DNA from: a virus
Taxonomy: Duplodnaviria > Caudoviricetes
Length of the DNA: 42,790 bases
Virus record (IMG/VR): IMGVR_UViG_3300048855_000179
Coordinates: 1 to 42,790 of that record
Strand: one strand, 5' to 3'
The notes below the pieces were generated by a model. It was not told the origin of the DNA and did no database searches. It was given only the letters and a program-made list of their open reading frames with translations. Shown here in pieces: positions 36,374-42,790 of this stretch; within the stretch, counting starts at the first letter, position 1; every line of letters starts with the position of its first letter. The position numbers were made by a program, and so were the translations under genes.

Positions 36374-36697
36374 TCAGGCTTTCGGCTCGATCGTGCGAGC
36401 ATCGAGGATCTTGTCGAACGGGATGCGGTCGACCCACGAGTAACCCGTCTCTACCGACACCGTGGTCTTGTTCACACGGGCGACCTTGTGCCAGGCGTAC
36501 GCGGTCCGGACGTGGGTGGCACCGATGATGTCGTCGCGTGTCAGACGCACTCGGGCTGCCTCTTTCGCGTTCGTCTCGGCGACCGCAGCTTTGAACGCGG
36601 CGGCACGCGCGGCGGCAACCGCCACGGCCGCCGCACTGACGTGATCGTCCATCACCTTGTTGCGGGCCCGGTATGCGGACACCGTGTCGCGCTTCAT
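36374..36697 (-). CDS. Hypothetical protein
   Basis: WHKV.RVN.TTVSV.TGYSW.DR motif. Confidence 0.65.
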   Translation of the reverse strand: MKRDTVSAYRARNKVMDDHVSAAAVAVAAARAAAFKAAVAETNAKEAARVRLTRDDIIGATHVRTAYAWHKVARVNKTTVSVETGYSWVDRIPFDKILDARTIEPKA

Positions 36698-36939
36698 GCC
36701 GACACCTCGGGTACGTGCGCGAGGCAGCGGCCGGCGCGGTTGAAGGCCGAGGGCGAGCCGCACTCGACGCAGTGGGTGCGGGTCACCGGGTGGCTTATCC
36801 CGCAGGTCTCGCAGTGAGTGATCGGGATGCCTGTGGGGGTGGAGGCGGGGACGCCGTTGTCCCCTGCGCCTCTTCTGCTGACACCGCCGATCGGGTCCTC
36901 CGCGGCGGCTCTTCTGTGGGTGCGCTTGGTATCCTGCAT
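36694..36939 (-). CDS. Small Zn-ribbon protein, first gene of the att-proximal operon
   Basis: CETC..H....HCVEC. Confidence 0.55.
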   Translation of the reverse strand: MQDTKRTHRRAAAEDPIGGVSRRGAGDNGVPASTPTGIPITHCETCGISHPVTRTHCVECGSPSAFNRAGRCLAHVPEVSA

Positions 36940-37070
36940 TTGTTCGTTCCTGGTTCTCTCAGGGGCGGATGCGGCTCCGGGTCTGACCACCCGGGGCCTT
37001 CTTTCGTGGTGGCACCATTACTGGCACCTTTGCAGTGTCACCCCATGTCATCCAGTGACGCTGCATGAGT

Positions 37071-37110
37071 AGCCTACAACGCCATATGGCGTGATAGCAA
37101 CACCATCTGG
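37071..37110 (-). promoter_or_regulatory. Repressor-controlled early promoter beside att
   Basis: TTGCTA-18-TAGGCT with CCATATGG in the spacer and CCATCTGG just upstream. Confidence 0.65.
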
Positions 37111-37113
37111 ATA

Positions 37114-37159
37114 ACTCTTAATCAGTGGGTTCTCGGTTCAAGTCCGAGGGGGTGCACCA
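37114..37159 (+). other. Right att site: 3' half of tRNA-Lys(CTT)
   Basis: ACTCTTAATCAGTGGGTTCTCGGTTCAAGTCCGAGGGGGTGCACCA; no D arm or 5' acceptor strand upstream. Confidence 0.9.
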
Positions 37160-37162
37160 CAT

Positions 37163-37200
37163 CGAAACCGTCCGGGTCGAATCCGGGCGGTTTCGTCGTT
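37163..37200 (+). terminator. Host tRNA terminator
   Basis: GAAACCGTCCGG/CCGGGCGGTTTC stem followed by GTCGTT. Confidence 0.75.
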
Positions 37201-37502
37201 AACAGGACCCGTCGTCCGGGGTGGGCGATGGCGGTTCGCGCGGGCCGAGCGGGAGTGCCTCGAGGGCCGGTGCCGGGGCTGGCGCAGGCGTTTCGGAGGG
37301 ACCCGCTTGTACCCCGAGCAGGGGGCCTGATCGGGCCGCGCGGGAGCGCGTGTGGGGACCGACTGCGGAGTAGGCGACCGAGCACTACGTAACGCGGTGC
37401 CGAGGGCTACGTAATCGCGTCGGAAGGCCCAATGCGGGGTCGAAATTGTGAGTAGAACCTACTCAGGCGCACAGCCCAGGCGTCTGAGAAGGAGAACCCA
37501 CC

Positions 37503-40376
37503 ATGGCACCTCGAACCGGCGCGACGCCGACGTCGCGCAGCACCAAGCAGGCCCTCTTCGCGCAGGGCGGCCATCGCCTGCACGGCCGTGACCGCGCCTT
37601 CGCGCAGACGGTCTCGGCCCTGACCCACTCGAGCCGGCGATCGGTCGTGCTCGTCACCGGGCGGCCCGGAGTGGGCCGCACGGCGTTCCTCGACGCGGTG
37701 GTCGAGGCCGTCGGCGCCGAGCGCACCGTGCACGTCGTCCGCGGGCGGTGCGATCTGCAGAACGTGCCGCTCGGCGCACTGGCCCCCGTGCTCGCGGTGC
37801 TGCCGGTGGGCGGGGGAGACAGCACCGCCGTGGTGGAGTTCCACCGCGCGATGAACGAGCCGGGCATCCTGTTGGTGGTCGACGACGCCGAGCACCTCGA
37901 CCCCGCCAGCCGCTGCCTCCTCGAGCAGATCGTCGACGGCGGCCAGGCCTCGGTGCTCGTGTCCAAGGCCACCCGCGAGCTCCCCGGCGCCACCCGAGGC
38001 CGCCGAGGCGGTGGCGCCCCGCAGCCCGCCGCCTCCGGAGCGCCGGTCGTGCGCGGAGCGGCCGGTGAGCCCGGAACGACCCGAGCGGCGGGCGATGCCG
38101 AGGGGGCGCCCGAGGGGGCACACGCCGGGGCACCCGAGGCGGCGGAGGGCGGGGCCGCCGATACAGCCGCGTTCTGGCGGCACGCGGGAGTTGTCGTCGA
38201 TCTTCCGCCGCTCTCGGCCGCCGACGCGCACGCGATCGTGAAGGACCGTCTCGGGCGCAGCATCGGCGCCGCGGCCGCCGACGAGATGGTGCGACTCGCC
38301 GCCGGGAGCACGCGTACGCTCGTCGAGCTCGCCGAGGCCGCGGTCGGCGTGTGCGACCTCGCCGACGACGCGGGGGAGTGGCGCACGGCGTGGACGGTGC
38401 TGTCCGAGGGCGTCGTCGCCTCGCTCCCCGTCGATCCGCTGGCCGCCGACGAGTTCGTCGGCGACCTCCTGGCGCTGCTCGCGGTGGCCGGCGAGCTTCC
38501 GGTCGAGCAGGGCGGCACGTCGGGCGTCAGCGCCCGGGCGACGCGGCTCGCCGAGGCGCAGGGGTACGTGCGGACGCGCACGGGCGAGGGTCGCGTGTGG
38601 GTGGGGCTCGCGCATCCGCTCTTCGCACCCGTGATGCGCAGCACGGTGTCCGAGGCCGAGCTGCCCGGGTTCTCGGCCGCCGGTGCCGACATGCTCGACG
38701 GCTACCGCGAGCACGTGGTGCGGCGCTCGCTGCTGCAGCTCGCGGCCGGACAGCCCGTCGCGGCGCCGACCCTGCTCGAGCTCGCGCGGCGCGAGCTGAG
38801 CGAGCAGCGGTACTCCACCGCCATCACGCTCGGCGCCCACGCCGTGGCCGGCGGAACCGGCGAGCCCGTGCTGCGCGCCACGGGCGAGTACGTGCGGGCG
38901 CAGGCGCTGTCGCAGATCGGCCGAACCCGCGAGGCCTCCGAGTTCTTCGTCGCCGCCTGGCGGGCCGTCGAGCAGGCGGGGGCCGCCGCGCCCGAGCTCT
39001 TCCTCGCCCAGCTCGCCCAGGCCGAGGGCAACCACCTCGCCTTCCGCACGCTGCAGCCCGAGCTCGCGGTGGCCCGGGTCGAGCCGGTGCTCGCCCACAT
39101 CGGCGACCCGGCGCTCCGGGCACTCGTCGAGTCCGACCTCGTGAAGTGGCGGCTGATGGCCGGGCAGGGGCTCTCGACCGAGCTCGAGTCGATCTCGGTG
39201 CTCGGGCCCGTCGAGACGCCGGCCGACCTCAACCTCCTCATCCTCACGGCCACGCTGCACACCATGGGCGGCAACCTCACGCTCGCGGGCGAGGCGGTCG
39301 AGCGGGGGCTCGCCGAGTGCGACCGCTTCCGCGACGTGCTGCCCAACGCCCGTGACCTGCTGCAGCTGAGCGAGGTGCTGGTGCTCTCGTTCACGGCGAG
39401 GTTCCCGGATGCTCGGGCCGCCGCCCGGGCCAACCTCGCCCGCGCGGAGGAATCGAACCCCAGCGCTCGTGGGATGTGGAAGTTCGCGCTCGCGATGATC
39501 GAGCTGCACACCGGGTCGCCCGCGCGGGCCTGGAAGTACATCCAGGAGGGGCGGCGCGACCTGGTCTGGCGCGACATCGCGGGCCTCCTGCCCACGGCCG
39601 ACGCGCTGTCGGCGGCGATCGCGGCCCGCACGGGGCGGTTCGCGATCGCGCGCAGCTGGCTCGACCAGCTCACGCCCGCGGAGGTGCGCGATCCGAAGGT
39701 CGAGCTGTACGCGTCGCTGGCGCGGGCGTGGGTGTCGGCATCGGCGGGGCGGCCGGGGTTCGCCATCCGGAGCCTCGGGCCGGCGCTGCACAAGGCCGCC
39801 GACGGCGGGCAGCGGTACCTCGCGGCGCTCGTGGCCTACGAGGCCGTGCGCATCGAGCCGGTGGTGGGGGCGACCGTGATGCTGCCGCATCTCATCGCGG
39901 CCCGGAGCGCGTTCCCGATCTGCGAGTCGCACGCGCGGGCGGTCATCGCCCGGAACGACGTTCTGCCGATCGCGAAGGAGCTGGCCGAGGCGGGGCTCCT
40001 CGGTCCGGCGATCGACGCGGCGCGCTGGGCGGCCGACCACTGCGACGGCGACCTCGTGCGGGCGTCGCGGGCACACCGGTTGGCCGACTCGTGGACGGTG
40101 CGGGCGGGGGTGGCGATGGCGCATCGGAGGCGGCAGACGCATCCGCGGGTCATGCCGTTGACCGATCGGGAGTGGCAGCTCGCGTCGGGGGCGGCGTCGC
40201 ACCGCACCAGCGCGGAGCTCGCCGCCGAGTACGGGATCTCGGTGCGGACGGTCGACAACCACCTGGCGCGCATCTACAAGAAGCTGGGCATCGCGAGCCG
40301 GCGGGAGCTCGCCGCGGAGCTGAGCGCGCTGCAGCTGGAGAATCCGTACGAGGAGTACTCGCTGACGGGGGAGTGA
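37503..40376 (+). CDS. Large ATP-binding LuxR-family regulator
   Basis: GRPGVGRT, VVDDAEHLD, C-terminal LTDRE...ISVRTVDNHL.RIY.KLGI; RBS AAGGAG. Confidence 0.92.
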   Translation: MAPRTGATPTSRSTKQALFAQGGHRLHGRDRAFAQTVSALTHSSRRSVVLVTGRPGVGRTAFLDAVVEAVGAERTVHVVRGRCDLQNVPLGALAPVLAVLPVGGGDSTAVVEFHRAMNEPGILLVVDDAEHLDPASRCLLEQIVDGGQASVLVSKATRELPGATRGRRGGGAPQPAASGAPVVRGAAGEPGTTRAAGDAEGAPEGAHAGAPEAAEGGAADTAAFWRHAGVVVDLPPLSAADAHAIVKDRLGRSIGAAAADEMVRLAAGSTRTLVELAEAAVGVCDLADDAGEWRTAWTVLSEGVVASLPVDPLAADEFVGDLLALLAVAGELPVEQGGTSGVSARATRLAEAQGYVRTRTGEGRVWVGLAHPLFAPVMRSTVSEAELPGFSAAGADMLDGYREHVVRRSLLQLAAGQPVAAPTLLELARRELSEQRYSTAITLGAHAVAGGTGEPVLRATGEYVRAQALSQIGRTREASEFFVAAWRAVEQAGAAAPELFLAQLAQAEGNHLAFRTLQPELAVARVEPVLAHIGDPALRALVESDLVKWRLMAGQGLSTELESISVLGPVETPADLNLLILTATLHTMGGNLTLAGEAVERGLAECDRFRDVLPNARDLLQLSEVLVLSFTARFPDARAAARANLARAEESNPSARGMWKFALAMIELHTGSPARAWKYIQEGRRDLVWRDIAGLLPTADALSAAIAARTGRFAIARSWLDQLTPAEVRDPKVELYASLARAWVSASAGRPGFAIRSLGPALHKAADGGQRYLAALVAYEAVRIEPVVGATVMLPHLIAARSAFPICESHARAVIARNDVLPIAKELAEAGLLGPAIDAARWAADHCDGDLVRASRAHRLADSWTVRAGVAMAHRRRQTHPRVMPLTDREWQLASGAASHRTSAELAAEYGISVRTVDNHLARIYKKLGIASRRELAAELSALQLENPYEEYSLTGE

Positions 40377-40697
40377 CGGGCGGACGGACGGGCGGACGGA
40401 CGGACGCCGGTGGTCGAGGTGCGAAGTGGAGTAGGGATTACTCATCACACCCCGGTCGGGTCGCCGCACAGAATGGCAGAGGCATCACGCCGGGTCATCA
40501 CCGGCGCGGTCGTCGCCGGCAGAGGTCGGCAGAGCCCCGTTCAATCGTCAGCTCGGGGTGATGGGCGATCGCGCGATGACCGACGGGTGGAGGCGGCCTT
40601 CGGGTGGTCGCCTCCGCCCGTCATCCTTCACGCCCTCGAGGCTGTGTCCTCCTGGGAGGGCGTTGCGGGAGCAGGGCGGGGCGATACTGTGAGAGCC

Positions 40698-42074
40698 ATG
40701 ACGCAACGTGTCGACACGCTCCTGATCTTCGGCGCCAGCGGAGATCTCACCGCCCGCCTCCTGCTCCCCGGGCTCGCCCAGCTGCTCACCTCGCAGCCCG
40801 ACCGCACCCTCACCCTGATCGGCGCCGGTGGGGCCGACTGGAGCGACGAGGAGTGGCGGAAGGTCGTCACCGACTCCTTCGCCGAGGTGCACGCCGCGGG
40901 GTCGGCCGTCGAGAAGGTGCTCGCGAGCACCCGGTACGTCAAGGCCGACGTCACCGACCGCGGCGCGCTGACCGAGCTTCTCGGCATGGCGACCGGCACC
41001 CCCGCCATCTACTTCGCCCTCCCGCCCGCGGTGGCCGCGAAGGTCGTCACGACGCTGCAGGGCGTCGAGATCCCCGAGGGGCTGACGCTCGCGCTCGAGA
41101 AGCCGTTCGGCATGGACGTCGACACCGCCGAGGCGCTGAACGGCGAGCTCGCGAAGCTGGTGCCCGAGAACCAGGTGCACCGGGTCGACCACTTCCTCGG
41201 CCGGTCGACGGTCTTCAACATCCTCGGGCTGCGGTTCGCGAACCGCATCTTCGAGCCGCTCTGGAACTCCGAGCACATCGCGAAGGTCGACGTCGTGTAC
41301 GACGAGCAGCTCGCTCTCGAGGGACGGGCCGGCTACTACGACACCGCGGGTGCGCTGGTCGACATGATCCAGAGCCACCTGCTGCAGGTGCTGGCGGTGC
41401 TCGCCATGGAGCCGCCGTCGACCCTCGGGCAGGACGACCTCCGCGACGCCAAGGAGCTCGTGCTGCGCGCGACCCACGTGTGGGGCGACGACCCGACGCA
41501 GTCCAGTCGTCGGGCGCGCTACAGCGCCGGCACCATCGACGGCCGTGAGCTGCCGAGCTATGCCGACGAGAAGGGCGTCGACCCGGCGCGCGAGACCGAG
41601 ACCCTCGCCGAGGTCACCCTCGAGGTGCAGACCTGGCGCTGGAAGGGCGTTCCGATCACGCTCCGCTCCGGCAAGGCCATCGGGGAGCGCCGTCGCCAGA
41701 TCGTGATCACCTTCAAGCCGGCGCAGCAGGTGCCGGTGGGGCTGACGGGGGAGAGCTCGCCGACGGTGCTGCGGATCTTCCTGGCTCCTGACGCGATGTC
41801 GCTCGAGATCGACATCAACGGCCCCGGTGACCCCTACGAGCTCGAGCGCGCGAGCCTCGAGGCCACGTTCGGCGACGGGCAGCTGCTGGCCTACCGCGAG
41901 GTGCTGGCGGGCATCCTCGACGGCGACCCGACGCTTGGCGTGCGCGGCGACTCCGCGGTGGAGGGCTGGCGCATCCTGGCGCCGGTGATCGCGGCGTGGA
42001 AGGCCGAGGAGGTGCCGCTCGACGAGTACCCCGCGGGCAGCGAGGGCCCGAGCAGCTGGCCGCCGATCGGCTAG
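40698..42074 (+). CDS. zwf: Glucose-6-phosphate 1-dehydrogenase
   Basis: GASGDL, EKPFG, RVDHFLG, DMIQSHL, LRSGK; leaderless -10 TACTGT. Confidence 0.95.
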   Translation: MTQRVDTLLIFGASGDLTARLLLPGLAQLLTSQPDRTLTLIGAGGADWSDEEWRKVVTDSFAEVHAAGSAVEKVLASTRYVKADVTDRGALTELLGMATGTPAIYFALPPAVAAKVVTTLQGVEIPEGLTLALEKPFGMDVDTAEALNGELAKLVPENQVHRVDHFLGRSTVFNILGLRFANRIFEPLWNSEHIAKVDVVYDEQLALEGRAGYYDTAGALVDMIQSHLLQVLAVLAMEPPSTLGQDDLRDAKELVLRATHVWGDDPTQSSRRARYSAGTIDGRELPSYADEKGVDPARETETLAEVTLEVQTWRWKGVPITLRSGKAIGERRRQIVITFKPAQQVPVGLTGESSPTVLRIFLAPDAMSLEIDINGPGDPYELERASLEATFGDGQLLAYREVLAGILDGDPTLGVRGDSAVEGWRILAPVIAAWKAEEVPLDEYPAGSEGPSSWPPIG

Positions 42075-42269
42075 ATGCCGGGCAGCCGCACGCCGATCGG
42101 CTCGACGCCGAAGAGCCGCGCGCCAATCGGCTGGCAGCCGAGCAGCCGAGCAGCCGCACCCCGATCGGCTAGACGCCGAAGAGCCGCGCGCCAATCGGCT
42201 GGCAGCCGAGCAGCCGCTCGCTGATCGGCTAGAAGCCGAGTGGCCGCACGCCGATCGGCTGGCACCCGG
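42061..42269. repeat. About 7 degenerate 30-bp tandem repeats
   Basis: Unit CGCCGATCGGCT-N4-GCCG-N3-AGCCGCA starting at 42061, 42091, 42121, 42159, 42189, 42219, 42249. Confidence 0.85.
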
Positions 42270-42277
42270 ACCGGCCG

Positions 42278-42790
42278 CTACGCGCGGGTGCGCGCTCCGG
42301 CGGTCAGCCGCTTCGCCGCCGCAGCCGCCTCGACCTCGGCGTGGTGCGCCACGAGGGCGCGCAGGGCGTCGTCGTCGCGCGGATCGAGGGCCGGAGCATC
42401 CTGAACCGCAGCCACCGACGCGACCATGCCGGCGAGCCGACGGTCGACCTCGACGCGGTCGACGGGCGCGAGCGCCGGCCGGACGGGCTGCGCGATGCGC
42501 GCCCGCGGGGTGAAGACGGGAGCGGCGACGGGTGCCGGGGCGGCGACCGCGGTCGTGGTCTTGACCGAGATGCCGTGTTCGGCGAGCGTCGCGACGATGT
42601 CGCGGGCGACCGAGCGGGCGAGCGCGGTGTGGAAGATGTCGTCGGTGTCCGAGGAGCTGCGGCGCGTGATCGCGAACGATCCCAGCGGGCCGAAGTTCTC
42701 CATCAGGGTCTGGTTGACCAGCTCGTAGAGGCGTTCCTGACTCACAACACTCTCGCGCTGAGCCTTCGCGCGACGCCTCCAGCCGATCAT
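42278..42790 (-). CDS. Hypothetical host protein
   Basis: 170-aa ORF convergent on zwf. Confidence 0.7.
   Translation of the reverse strand: MIGWRRRAKAQRESVVSQERLYELVNQTLMENFGPLGSFAITRRSSSDTDDIFHTALARSVARDIVATLAEHGISVKTTTAVAAPAPVAAPVFTPRARIAQPVRPALAPVDRVEVDRRLAGMVASVAAVQDAPALDPRDDDALRALVAHHAEVEAAAAAKRLTAGARTRA

Larger units (their letters stand above)
1..37159. mobile_element. Temperate siphovirus prophage integrated at tRNA-Lys(CTT); left end outside window
   Basis: Complete ordered packaging, head, tail, lysis, replication, immunity and integrase modules; ends at a tRNA 3' fragment followed by host genes. Confidence 0.95.

Noticed and set aside
37114-37159. Functional tRNA-Lys gene
   Set aside because: The 5' half is absent; this is the att duplication
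40375-40406. GGAC/GGGC short repeat after the LuxR gene
   Set aside because: Simple intergenic microsatellite with no evident function
37407-40469. 1020-aa minus-strand ORF and other long antisense ORFs (4741..6381, 40548..42194, 15407..16678)
   Set aside because: Shadow frames of high-GC genes; Arg/Pro-rich with no motifs
42061-42269. CRISPR array
   Set aside because: Repeats are contiguous and degenerate with no unique spacers, and no cas genes are present

Overview
High-GC actinobacterial DNA (Microbacteriaceae-like; inferred from gene content, not from a search). Positions 1-~37159 are most of a temperate siphovirus prophage, almost all on the minus strand. From left to right it holds accessory morons (a LexA-box gene, a membrane protein, an SGNH esterase), a lysis cassette, tail, head and packaging genes, a putative cos region, an HNH nuclease, a small RNA cluster, a lambda pR'/tR'-like late promoter, a replication/recombination/DNA-modification operon, a cro/repressor/ImmA-like switch, a tyrosine integrase and an early operon that starts beside the right att site, which is the 3' half of tRNA-Lys(CTT). 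The left att site is not in the window. Host genes follow: a LuxR-family ATP-binding regulator, zwf, a 30-bp repeat array and a hypothetical gene. The most unusual feature is a phage RNA cassette: an intact tRNA body with no anticodon arm, a 52-nt hairpin, then a tRNA-Trp with a mismatched acceptor stem. Also notable are a pair of SGNH proteins (tail protein plus membrane-anchored moron), an ImmA-like protein lacking its catalytic Glu together with a LexA-controlled moron, an integrase ~2.8 kb from att, and a methyltransferase next to a Mom-like gene. All annotations come from manual motif reading, with no database searches.
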